From assembly GCA_964270895.1 (NCBI GenBank), contig OZ185446.1: a stretch of DNA of 64,000 nt. One strand, 5' to 3'. A program made the position numbers and the translations under genes. This document shows, piece after piece, positions 11,005 through 22,761 of this stretch. The notes under the pieces were generated by a model that was given only the letters and a program-made list of their open reading frames with translations, was not told the origin of the DNA and did no database searches. The DNA comes from Podarcis filfolensis. Its lineage: Eukaryota. Position 1 is the stretch's first letter. Every line of letters begins with the position of its first letter.

Positions 11005-11650
11005 GTTAATAATGATGATGGTTTTATTTATCACTCCTCCGCCTTCACCTTAAGGTCCCAGGGTAGGTCGCAACTCTTAAAAATACAACATTAAAAACAG
11101 TTTACACAACTTAACAATCACAAAAATTGAGCAGGTCCTAAAAATATAGCACGTCTCAGCTGTCAAAGGTCTGGGTAAAAAGCTGTATCATTCACTTTAA
11201 AACTACCGGTATAAAGTGAAAACACCTATGGAGGGAGGAGTTTCACTACTTCGGTGCTGCTACTAAGAATACTCTCCTGAGCCATCACCACCTTGAGCTT
11301 TTGAGGGCAGTTAGTCATCTACTGATCTCTAAGGAAGGAGGCTGTCTTTTCGATATCTGGAGCCTAAATTGTTTAAAGCTTTAAACACTAATGTGAGCAC
11401 CTTGAATTGGCACCAGATGTGAACTGGCAACCAGTGCAGAAATTTTAAAACATGGAGTATATGATATTTAAATGGAACCCCAGTCTAGCTGCTGCATTTC
11501 AGATCTGTTGAAGTTTCTGAGTCATCTTCAAGGGCAGATTCAGCACATTGTAATAATGCAATCTGGAAGTTGGCGGAGTACAGTGGCCAAGGCATTTCTG
11601 TCCAAAAGGGGTCGTAGCTGGTGAACCAGCTGGACCTGGAAAAACAGGGG
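11005..11650 (-). mobile_element. L2 LINE 3' fragment, degraded
   Basis: Antisense tail (TTTATTTAT…CCGCCTTCACCTTAAGGTCCCAGGGTAGGT) and RT-end-like sequence (GCTGCTGCATTT…TGAAGTTTCTGAGTCATCTTCAAGGGCAG). Confidence 0.6.
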
Positions 11651-13263
11651 TTGAATTCAGGAATACCCTGAAGTCCTTGCTCCTGTAGCCTTAGCGTTTA
11701 TGTTCTACCTAAGCTTCTATCCAACTCCACATTATGGATCTCATCCTGTCACCTCCCCCCACCAAAAAAGCTGGAGAACTGATAATATGCAGGCCCTACT
11801 ATTGGGCAAATGAGGAAACTGCCTTCAGGCAACTGATTTGGGATGTCATGAAGTTATTTAATTTATTGCTATTTGCTTTTTACTCTCAGGGAAGCAGAGC
11901 TGTTTGTAGGTTGTTTGTTTTTTTCCTTAGGTGCTATGATAACTTTAGCCTTATTACTATGCAACTTGGCTAGTGGGTTGGGGGCAGGCATTTCCTGTTC
12001 TGTCTCAAGCACTGAAATTACTTGGGCTGGTCCTGGAACCATTATATTGCCTTGTACTACAAGTGAGAAACTTCTGTAGGGTTCAACGACTGCTCCAAAT
12101 GTCCAAGAACTTGCAAATGCAAACTCAGAAGGGCCACCCACTTACCTCAGCAATGCACAGTACATTTATTCTGAACTCGGATGCAATGTCCAGAAGCTAC
12201 TTCCAAACACAGTTGCAAACAGCATCCATCTTTGACCTCTCTGTCTACAGCTCAAGAGTTCATGCAGATGGAACCACCTGTGCGTATTACATTTCAGTGC
12301 ATCAGCATCTTTGAATCGGAACCCCCCTTTCTATGATTTGACAACATGAATTTCATTTCTTGACTATGCTGTTGCCCTTTAGTGCGCTGTTAACTCTTAT
12401 GATGGTGGTCTTCATAATGAAGCCTTGATGGACATCATTAATAGGTATTATATAATTACTGAATCACCCACCCAGATGGTTACAGGTTTTTATAGCATTC
12501 TAGATATAATATACAATTTATTTTTGTACTTGGAATGCCTTTACAATTCGTTTCTGCACCCTCAGTTCTTTTTCCATAGATTCAGTTTTCACATATCTGC
12601 ATTGAATTTACCAGATGGATTAAAAGGTATTAAAGAAAAGCCTTAAGGGATGTATTATTATCTCCATGCAAGGGAAAGTCGGCTGGTGTTAATGGGAGTT
12701 AGATGTCTATTGCCACATACAGGATGACAGTATACTCGCTGGAATGCAGATGGAAGGCTTTACATGTGGAAAACACACCTTCCTGTGCTCACAATGAACC
12801 TCTTTTTGTTTGGCAACTTGGCCAAAAGATTCTTAACTACTATTATTAAATAGGATTTAAGTCACGGGGACTTCCGAGAGCACTGCCTGCTGTTGACATG
12901 CTGGTTTGATTTAGAAGCATAATGCTACAAAAGTTTATAGTTAGAGTACAGTAACACCCTATTTATAAATAAATAAATTTAAGAGTATCCAATAAATTAC
13001 CCTTGTAGACAACTATTAAACTGACGAGTGGGGTGGAGGTTGATTGTGGGACACGGAAGGCTATAAGAAAAGAGACACGTGGCAGAAGATTCCTTGCTCC
13101 CCAGTGAAGTGTAGTGTTGAGCTGTGAGGTTTAGATACAACACTGTAGTGAAAATGAATTTTACAAAATATGTGCGTGGTGCATACAGGACTGGAAATCA
13201 TGTTTATGCAAGGAATGTGTTATGCACCTATGGTTGTGTTATGCAACAATGTGGGGATTAACT

Positions 13264-13435
13264 AAGGAAGCTACTATACTGAGTTAAATCACTGGTTTAT
13301 GAAGCTCAGTACTATTTGCAATAATTGGCAATAAACTTCCAGGATTTCTTACCCAACCCTTCCCAGTGATGCAGAGGGATTGAAACAGGGATCTTCTGTA
13401 GCAAAGCAGATGCTCTACCACTGAGCTATGGCCCC
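13264..13435 (-). mobile_element. Squam3-like tRNA-derived SINE
   Basis: Reverse complement reads GGGGCCATAGCTCAGTGGTAGAGCATCTGCTTTG… (A-box) followed by the SINE body. Confidence 0.8.
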
Positions 13436-14004
13436 CTCCCCCAAATGATGCCCCTAGACCTTGTAAGAACATGAAAATGGTCATGCTGGATCCATTCTAC
13501 TCTATCTTGTTTAGTATTTAAAAGATCCATCTAGTCTAGAATTTCAAAGCATTCCAGTGTCGTGGTTGTGTGCAGGGACCTCTCCCTCCGAGCTGCAGCA
13601 ATGTGAACACAACCACAACCACACACCCACACCCACACCCACCCAAAGCTGGGCTTTCCCCAGAGCATCACCCAATGGAACATGTCAAGGGAAATATCCC
13701 TGAGCATGTATGGAAGTGCTTTCTGCTTGCGCACAGAGGTGGATTCCAGCCTCTTGTTTCCTCTACCACTGAAGGTTATAGTTGGCACATCTGTTATCCA
13801 GTTAATTGCCTCCTCAAGGTGATTTTCCATAAATGAATTGCAAACATCATTTACCGAGTTAGGAACCTAGGTAGCTGCCTTAATACCAAATCCATCCGTC
13901 AAGCACTGTCTACATGGAGAGGGGAAGCTGCCATGTATGCCGTCTTGAACACCTTGGAGGAAATGTGAAATATACAAGCAAAAATAAGTAAATAAAACCA
14001 CCTG

Positions 14005-14095
14005 CTACCTGGTCCTTCTAACTGCAGATACCAAGGATTGAACTTGGGACCTTCTACATACGTACAGTAGTATATTCTCTACCACTAAACCATGG
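14005..14095 (-). mobile_element. Squam3-like SINE head fragment
   Basis: Antisense tRNA-like head (…GGATTGAACTTGGGACCTTCT…CTCTACCACTAAACCATGG). Confidence 0.55.
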
Positions 14096-14275
14096 TGGTT
14101 CTCAGGGGTCAGAACTGTAGTTTCACAAATCTTTGGGGCATCAGTGGATCATTATTGTTACACATCCAAAGCTCACTTTATGCCTTAACAAGCAGCATAA
14201 TTTTGCAAGAGCATCAGTCTATTTTTTATGAGGTTGGGTTTTGTTTTGTTTTTTTGTTCAAATAAAACTACTGAA

Positions 14276-15553
14276 AGGCTCAGAAAAAGCTCAATATGGA
14301 GGCCAAATGGCCGAAATATTGGGAAATATTGGAACAAGAAGGAGAGAAATTGAAATTGCAGAGTTTTGAGAAATTAAAAGATAAAGTGCGAGACTGGCTT
14401 TGTTATTATCAAATAAGAGAGGCCTATAATTTGGACAAAAAAATTGGCTTCCAGGTGGAAAAATCAAAATTGGAAACAGAACTGTTAGATCCCAAAACTA
14501 AGATACTTTCAAGAATGTATAACTTGCTGTTAAAATAGAACACGCAGGATGAAACGGTTAAATCTGCGATGATTAAATGGGCACAAGATATTGGTCATAA
14601 CATTATGTTTGCTGACTGGGAACAGTTGTGGACCACCGGTATGAAATTTACGGCATGTAATGCCTTAAGAGAGAATATTATGAAAATGATATATAGGTGG
14701 TACATGACACCAGTCAAGCTTGCAAAAATATATCATTTGCCTGATAATAAGTGTTGGAAATGTAAAGAAAATGAAGGTACATTCTTTCACCTTTGGTGGA
14801 TGTGCCCAAGGATTAAGGCTTTCTGGGAGATGATCTATAATGAAATGAAAAAGGTATTTAAGTATACCTTCCTGAAGAAACCAGAGGCCTTTCTCCTGGG
14901 CATGGTCGGCCAATTGGTGCCAAAGAAGGACAGAACTTTCTTTATGTATGCAACAACAGCAGCAAGAATTCTCATCGCAAAGTATTGGAAGACACAAGAT
15001 CTACCCACCTTGGAAGAATGGCAGATGAAAGTGATAGACTATATGGAATTGGCGGAAATGACTGGCAGAATCTGAGACCAGGGAGAAGAGTTGGTGGAAG
15101 AAGATTGGAAGAAGTTTAAAGACTATTTGCAGAAACATTATGCAAAACTATTTGCAGTAAAATTAATGAATGCTAAAATGATGTTGGATTGAAATGAAGT
15201 GGCTTTAGCAATAAGGTTAAAAAGAATATGTAAAAATGGACTGATAATTAGATGAAAATATAAAGTTATAATATGTTAAGATATAGAATTAAGATAAATA
15301 CAAAGAGGGAAAGGATTTGCTGAATTAACTATGTGAATTGGAATACAAAAAAGGGAGGTGTGAGGAGGTCAGGAAACAAGTAATTGAAATATAAGATACG
15401 AAAAGATTGATTTGTTTTTTAGTTGTTTTTTATTTCTTCATGCATTTTGTATTTTTCTTTGCATTTTTGTATCTTTTTACTTTTTATTTTTATTTTCTTA
15501 TTCTGTAATTCTCTTTTGTCTGTAAAATTTCAATAAATATTAAAAAAACAAAA
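14276..15553 (+). mobile_element. LINE-1, 5'-truncated: ORF2 C-terminus with zinc knuckle, 3' UTR and poly(A)
   Basis: ORFs 14296-14538 and 14569-15075 share one frame broken by TAG and TGA; CWKC…GTFFHLWWMC knuckle; AATAAA 15532-15537; A-rich tail; 17-bp TSD CAAATAAAACTACTGAA (14259-14275 and 15554-15570). Confidence 0.93.
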
Positions 15554-15731
15554 CAAATAAAACTACTGAAGTAGATTTTAATGTGTAACAGTTGGAGAGC
15601 TTGGATTATTATTCTATAAAGATCCAGTTTGTTTGTTTTTGCTGTACATTAATAACAAATTTAATATAATATCACCACCTCTGTCATTCAAAATGTTTAT
15701 TTCTGGTTTTAGGAACTAGGCACAGTATAAT

Positions 15732-15788
15732 TAGGGTTAGAGAATGTTATGTCATTCAGATGTTGTTGGACTCAACCTCTCACCAGCC

Positions 15789-15833
<45 letters not shown>

Positions 15834-15957
15834 GAAGTAGTAGTAGTAGTAGTATTTATATGCTGCCCATCTGATTGGGTTGCCCCAGCCAATTGTCAAG
15901 GGTGGTGGCAGTTGGAGTCCAACAGCTTATGGTGGCCAGAGTTTCCTCATCCTTGTC
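15732..15957. mobile_element. Short hAT-type MITE interrupted by an antisense L2-tail fragment with an (AAT)n/(AGT)n microsatellite
   Basis: Arms CAGATGTTGTTGGACTC and GAGTCCAACAGCTT; insert is (ATA)~14 (GTA)n TTTATATGCTGCCCATCTGATTGGGTTGCCCCAGCC. Confidence 0.6.
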
Positions 15958-16699
15958 TTAGCTACTATTTTGTACTTGGCTCTGGATGACGGCCCTTCGG
16001 GTTCTACCACCACCAACATATCTCCCACAATGCTTCAAAAATGATACAAAAACTTTAGCACATAATTATTATTATTTTGACATAATTGTAGGACATGCAT
16101 TATGTCTTCTAGCCTCTGCAGTGAATCACATCTGTGGCATTCTACACCCACAGGACAGTTTTCCTACATGGGGAAATACTTTATGTATATATTGTAACAT
16201 GAAAAAGTGCACATGGCTCTATTTGTTCTCATGCTGCAGCACCAAAACTCATTGTGCAATGTCACACGTTTTAAGTGCTGTTTTCCTGCATGGAACTTTA
16301 TCTCTGTTTTTGCAGCTCTCCAAATAAGTTACATTAATTTCTTGGTTCCAAAAATTATTTTGGGAGAATCAGAAATGTTTGTATCGGCAGTTCAGAGCCT
16401 ATTTAAATACAGAAATCCATGTTTATTCTTTTTTTATTCTTATTATTACATGGTGAAAGACAGCAGGCAGAAGCATTTCATTTGCTTGCAAACTGTTGCT
16501 TCAAGAAACAAATTTCTTTCCTTTCCCCTTGCATGAACAAGCTGGCCATGAAAGAGTTCCTATTCCCCAGAATAGGAATATAAAGACTACCTACCTGTTC
16601 ATTCACCTGTTTATTCACCTGGGAATAAAATATTTTCCAGATTGTATCCACATAATATTATGTTTCCCAATTTTATGCATGTTTATTTGAAAATATGCC

Positions 16700-16841
16700 T
16701 CATGGAGCTCATTGGGATTTACTCTTAAGTAAGTCTACGGGATTGCAACTATACAGCATGAGCCTATGCGTGTTTACTCAGAAGAAAGTGCTACTGAGGG
16801 CATTGGGGCTTACTTCCAGATAAGTGTATACAATAGGATTT
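16700..16841. repeat. One and a half copies of a ~85-bp hairpin repeat (GCAATCCTATG…CATAGGATTGC family)
   Basis: CCTATGCGTGTTTACTCAGAAG…GCTTACTTCCAGATAAGTG…ATAGGATT; homologous copies at ~23158-23242, ~39301-39392 and 62651-62730. Confidence 0.6.
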
Positions 16842-16984
16842 CTATGTCCCCCAGAATGGTAATTGTTGTGATTACTATCAATATCATTAGAATACACTGG
16901 AGGCTGATTTATGGGGTGGATTATGTGCATCCGCAATAAAGAAAAAAATGAAATGCATTCATAGAGTTTCCACATACATTATTT

Positions 16985-17110
16985 CAGAAATCCTTACAGC
17001 AGCTGTACATAGGTCAATATTCATTATCCCCATATTGCAGATTGGTGGAATCTGGGGCACCTAATGAGTTAATATCTGAGGTGAGATGTGAGTTGAGCCT
17101 GAAAGTCCCT
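16985..17110 (-). mobile_element. MIR/CORE-SINE-like fragment
   Basis: TCCTTACAGCAGCTGTACATAGGTCAATATTCATTATCCCCATATTGCAGAT resembles the antisense CORE. Confidence 0.5.
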
Positions 17111-17243
17111 GTTTCATAATAGCAAACTATTTTCACAGCAACCATGACCATCAAATTAATACAAAAGGTACCAAATCAATACCAGTGATGATTATAATAT
17201 ATGCTAACCATGATAGCAACAAAAATCATATTTATTTATTTTT

Positions 17244-17700
17244 TGCATTTATACCACACTGAGCACTCCGGAGCAGTAATCATAATAACTGTACAGCACT
17301 GAGCACTTGGTAGCAATTATAATAAACGAATAGTAAAATATTAACATTTGCGCAGCACCAAGCTCCCACAAGCAATGATGATAATAAAAAAAAATGCATT
17401 TGTACAGCCCTGAGCACTGAGGACTAATAATACTAAGAGCAGCAATATTTGCACTGAAGCAGCAACAATATTTGTGCTGTACAAGGTTCTTTGAAATAAT
17501 ATAATACAATACAATACAATAATAATGTAATAATAATTAATATTGATAATAATAACTTTGTCAGTTGTACAGCAGTGAACTCTCGGTAGTAATATTACTA
17601 ATAATATAGCACTAATAGCATGATCGCGCCTGTACAGCCCCGAGCACCAGAGAATAATAATGACAATAACGTTTTTTTGCATTTGCGCAGCCCCGAGCAC
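17244..17700. repeat. Degenerate array of a ~17-bp motif TG(T/C)(A/G)CAGC(A/C)CYGAGCAC separated by unique AT-rich spacers
   Basis: Copies at ~17244-17266, 17290-17306, 17345-17365, 17395-17417, 17564-17582, 17629-17647 and 17677-17700, plus weak ones near 17448-17490. Confidence 0.8.
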
Positions 17701-18125
17701 AGCGAGCAGCGCAAGCGTGTCGGGCTACCTCCGCCCGCGCTCCTCCCCGCGGCGGAGGGCTGCCTGCCTCCTCTTCCCCCCGGGCTGCCCCTGCCCCGGG
17801 GCGCCTGCTCCTGGCCGTTGCGCTGGCTGCTGCGACCCTTGCGGTATGTGACTGCTTTTGGCAGCGAGCACATGAAGGATTTCATTGAGTGTGAAGACAG
17901 AGAGCAGAGACAGAAAGCAGAAGGAGGCGGCCGCTGCCTTTGTAGTCGGGGAGGAATGCGGAAATGTTGAAGCACTATGTCAAACTTTTTTGAAACGGGG
18001 TCAAGTCACATTCAGCCAGCGTGGGAAACGGAGGGGGAAAAAAAGTGGAGGCGAGGTGGGGGGAAACTCTTCTACTCCTGCTGCTGCTGCTACTCCCAGA
18101 CTGAGCACAGACTGAGCACAGGAGC

Positions 18126-18170
<45 letters not shown>

Positions 18171-19980
18171 AGGAGAAGCGGCGGCAGGAAAAGAGTGGCA
18201 GCAGGCAGGCAGCGTGGAGAGCTGGTGTAAGAGCCCCGCACTCTTGGGAGACTGATCGCTGCAAGGCTTTGATCAGCCCCAGAATAGTTAGCACAAGCCT
18301 CTCTCTCTCTCTCCTTCTTCTCCCCCCCCCAAGGGAGGGGGGAGGAGGCGAGATCCTCTGTGCATTAAGGTGCAGCCTGCCCTACCGCTTGCAGGAAGAT
18401 GCGAACTCAGGGCAGAGGCAGAGCCCCAGAGGAGACGCTGCGACTACCTGTGTGGCCCCGCCACGGTGCCTGCTGAGACCTGAGCCTGCAACCTCAGCCA
18501 CCATCACCATGTGAACGCTTCGAATCCGGTTCGGTGCTGCTGCTTGGACCCATCATTCTTATGAGATGCTGATTATTTAAGGAAAAAAGAGGGGGAGGGA
18601 AACCTCTCCCCCATCTTTTCTTGTTTTCTTTTCTTTTTCATTCTTTCACCCCCTCCCTTTTTCCTTTTTTTTTATTTAAAGCCCAGCTCTCCTGGAGATC
18701 ACTTTAGGTGGGAGTTTTCTTCTGAAGACCGAGGCAGTTCCAGAGCAATATCAGGTACTTTGGAAAGTGCCCATGTGCTCTCCTGTGTAGACCCTGTAAC
18801 TTAATGGTCCACTAATTTTCTATTTGGGGGTGGGGAGGGTGGAAAAAAAGTGGGTGGGAACAGGAATCTTTTCCTCCCCCCCCCCCGCCCCAAGATCTCG
18901 CTCTCCGCATTTCAGACATTCCTTATTAATTTGCAGATTGTGCCGGATCGAGCCCACCCACCCATCCCGGAGAGGGGGAAAAAAAACTTATTCTGCCTTT
19001 CTCCCATTGCGTGTATGCTGTATAAGGGAGCTGCTTTGGGGTGGTCCTCGAGCACGTTTTCTATGAAATGCCACGAAGGGCGGGTGTGTGTGCGCGCATG
19101 CATGGATGTGGGTGGGTGAATGAGGACTCATGCGGGCATTCTGGAGTCGTCTTGATCCTGGTCTGAGTATTTTGGGGGGTGGGGGCTGCCCGCTCGCCCG
19201 GGGAGGCGTTGTTCTTGTGGAAATCGCTTACCACGCATACTCGGCCACCCCCACCCCTCCCGATTCCTCCAGTTGGGGGGGGGGCGTTGCAGTGCGAAAT
19301 GTTTAGGGAAGAGGGGCTCGCCCGCCTTTGCCGTGCAGTTGCAAGGCGGCCGGGCGAGCACGCAGGGCACCAGGCTCGCGCATGCATTCTTCATGTGACT
19401 TGGGAGGGGGGCAAGTTGCGGTGTTAACCGAGCTGGAAAAGGAGCTCGGAGGGAGGAAAGTAACAACCCCCCCGACCCGCACCAGGATGTGCGTTTCTTA
19501 TAAGAGACCGGTAACTTTCCACTGCCAACCGGCCCGTTTGCAGCCTCCGGTAGCGGCTTCTCGCGGAACCTCCCTTGCAGCGAGTCTTCTCCGGGGCTTG
19601 CGGGCTCCCTCGCCTCAGGCTGGCAGGCAGGCGCGGCGGTGAAGCCGCAGGCCCCGCCCCCTGGCGACCCCCCACACGCAGCTCCCCCCCCCCGCTCTCC
19701 CCGCGCGCCCCGCGTTCCCGACCTCACACAGACACGCAGGCAGAGGCCGCCTGGTCGGTTGGGGGCGACCTCCATCCCAGAGGCACCCAGCGGCCCCGCC
19801 CTCCCCCTGGCCGTTCTCTCTTTCTATTGGCTGACGAGGCGCTTCCCTCAGAGGATCCTCTTCTTCGCTCGCTCGGGGGCACGTGGAGCTTTTTTCCTTC
19901 CCCTCCCCACCGGCCGCCTCTGCAGTCGCCACTTTTCGCTTTGCTGGGCACGCGGCGCTATTCGTTTTGTCCACCTCAGG
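17620..19980 (+). promoter_or_regulatory. CpG island, probable CDK6 promoter and non-coding first exon(s)
   Basis: The only long CpG-dense, GC-rich non-TE region, upstream of the CDK6 ATG exon. GC boxes CCCCGCCC 19652-19659 and 19794-19801; inverted CCAAT 19826-19830; TGACG 19832-19836; E-box CACGTG 19880-19885. TSS and exon-1 donor cannot be fixed (candidate donors after 18754, ~19979 and ~20117). Confidence 0.8.
18126..18169. repeat. (AG)n purine tract within the CpG island
   Basis: Read directly; a complementary (CT)n run lies at ~18299-18313. Confidence 0.9.
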
Positions 19981-21075
19981 TTTTTTTTTTTTTTTAAAAA
20001 AATTAATTATTATTTTTTAAAATTGGTATATATATATCTATATCTATATACGTGTGTGTCTGTGCGTGTCAGAATGCCGGGACCTCAATTTCAAGCCCAG
20101 CAGGGCATGGTGTGAAGGTAAACGAGGCAGCAGCCAACCTTGCTTGGAAGCTAAAGCGGTGTCCTCGATAGGAGGCAGTATGGAAAGCTCCGTGGTGGGA
20201 GGAAAAGTGGGATATAAATATAAATAAATAACTTGGGAATAACAGAGAGAGAGAGAGAGAGGCGTTTAACATGCACATGGGTACCTGTGCCTCACAATAA
20301 AATAGCCACAATACGCCAAAGGTTTATGGGATAGGTTGTCAAAATGTTACTGCTCAACAGACTTTTTCTTTCTTTCTTTGGCCTTCCCATCTGAAAATGG
20401 CGCAGGTGGTCATAGCAGTTACTTCCATAAATTGGGGGGGGGGGTAATGTAAGCAGCCACTGTGATCTGCCTTTGCTAGATGGTACCTTGTTCACATGGC
20501 TGGACTTATTTCTCTGGGCAGTTACTAACTGGTTAGCTGGCCTCTATAATGCCTGAACTGGCTCAAGGAAGGCATAATGTGAAGTGTACACCTACCGTTT
20601 CAAATTTAAGCTATGCTGCTGACAGTACTCAGTTATTCGTTGTTTCTGGCATATGCTTTAAAAATAATTTTCATATCTAAGTCTTGAGTTGGGGGTTTTT
20701 GTTTTTGTTTCTTGCATGTGTGATGCAGATGTAAAGTGTACTTTGGCAAGAATGTGCATTCAGGTTGAAAAAGGCTTCTGTTTTGCATCCACCTTAGAAA
20801 CATGGATGCATTTAGACAAATAGCAAAATATAGGCTCAAAGGTGCTTTTACACATGTCACATATGAGATTGCTCTAAGGCTGCCATAGAGCAGTTACTCT
20901 AGAATAACTGTTGTCATTTTTACTCAGATGTTTCCGAAGCTTGGGTAATAGAACTTAGCCAGAGGTCGAACATATGCGCGCGCACAGTTACATGGTCTTC
21001 GAAAGTCATATAATGCAATATGTTACTAAAAATGAAATTACACGCACATGTGAAATGCAAGAAAACTATTTTCAC

Positions 21076-21280
21076 AGGGATCCATAGCCCAGTGGTAGTG
21101 CAGATGCTTTTTATGTGGAAAGTCCCAGAGTCAATCTCTGGCGTCTCAAGTTTTAAAAAGAGGTAGCAGGTGATGGGAAAGACTTCTGCTTGAGACTCTG
21201 GAAAGCTGCTGCCTGCCAAAGTAGACAATATTGGGCTAGTTGGACAAGTATTTTGACCTGGCATAAGGCAGCTTTGTATC
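21076..21280 (+). mobile_element. Squam3-like tRNA-derived SINE
   Basis: CCATAGCCCAGTGGTAG head…GTAGACAATATTGGGCTAG…CATAAGGCAGCTT 3' end. Confidence 0.8.
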
Positions 21281-22761
21281 CCCCAAACAGAAGTGATAAA
21301 GTAGGGCTAAAATAATATGTCAAAATAAGAACTATATCACACAATTGAAGGTTTTAAAAAATTATGTCAAATAATTGCATATCAGAACAGAAATACAGTG
21401 TCTATAGTTACCACAGAAAAAGTCTTAATTTTGTATTGATCTGTTCTGGTCACCTGTGAAGACTAAAATTAGCATGCCATCCTCTTTACCACTATTTAAG
21501 CATTCCAAAGACCAGTTTTCAGAATAATACAGTTTTGTTCCCAACACAATTTAAATCATGCTTGACTTCACTGCCAAGATGATGAGGAAGACAATTTATT
21601 TAATGTATGAATTGCTTCGCAAAGCAATTTACAACATAATGGAAATATATATGAAACAGACACATATATAAAAAGTTAAAACAATTGCATGTATGAAATC
21701 ACACATACATAACATACACATACATTTTAAAACAACAACAGAACATACATAAAATCAATTCAATACAGGTACCAACTTGGATAAAGATCTCAGTTATTTC
21801 AATAAATGCATTTATGCTGTGTGCTGGTTCTCATCCATGTGTGAGAATTGGTGAGTAAATGCAAATATGATTTTTCTACATAAATCCAACCTGAATGCGA
21901 TTGTTTGGATAAAAAAGTTGGTGAAAATGATTAGTAATTTTCTACTAAATGAGCTTTTGAAATATAGAGACTATAGAGTATGCCTTCTTATGCTGTTGCT
22001 AACAGGTAAATGACATATAGATGAGGTATTAGCCATGCTCCAGACAGAACTATTACTACTCATCAATATTGTACTGGGAAGAGAGAAGGAAACTGTTGAA
22101 GCAAACACCTAAACATGCGGGTATTTTATGGTAATCATCCTGTCTTGCTAAGTGTTTTTGTTCACATTGATCTTTATGTCTAAGAGTAGACAGCAATTGG
22201 TAATTGTTACTTATCTCTTGTCTTTCTCGTATGGCATCTTCCTTGCCGCTGAATGGTCACAGCCATTTGGGTATAAGACTTTCAGACATTGACACCACTA
22301 ACGTTATCACAAACATCCGTAAGCAAAATATTGTGAGCACCAGAAAGAAACAATGTGGTTTCTCCAGAGATAATAGTTATCCCTACCACAAACCAGTATG
22401 TGAACAAGTCTAAAATGTGGGTACTGATAAGTGGCAACTGCCGTGCTGTTAGTGCAATGGGAGAAGTACCCAATAATCTGGTTTATTCAGTTGAGTTCTC
22501 TCATGAGCCTATAGGTCCATTCTACAACACGTTAAACCACTGTTACATACATTCTGTGCCTTACTGGAGTTCCATAAGGAGTCCTGAACTGATGGTTACT
22601 TAAGGGCTCTATAACACAGCATGATAAGATATAAATATCCATCTTTATATGTTCTCTACTCATTTCACAATGCGTAGCATCTGCCTAGTTCTTAGAACTG
22701 TTTGCATCTTCATCTAGCTTCATATCAGTTAACATTGTTGTAGTTCTAATAGGTATCAACA

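Noticed and set aside
13370-13435. tRNA-Ala-like sequences here and at ~4871, ~21076, ~49705, ~58275 and ~61260
   Set aside because: Each continues into a shared SINE body and has broken stems; these are SINE heads, not tRNA genes.
15744-15989. ORF with poly-Ile/poly-Val
   Set aside because: Translation of an (ATA)n/(GTA)n microsatellite.
17244-17700. CRISPR-like repeat-spacer appearance of the motif array
   Set aside because: Repeats are degenerate, spacers are low-complexity and variable in length, there are no cas genes, and the context is a vertebrate promoter. Kept as a regulatory/repeat finding only.
17598-20115. Many overlapping ORFs of 60-215 aa in the CpG island (e.g. 19128-19775 minus)
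   Set aside because: Pro/Gly/Ala/Arg-rich, present in all six frames, no domain motifs; expected from stop-codon scarcity in GC-rich DNA.
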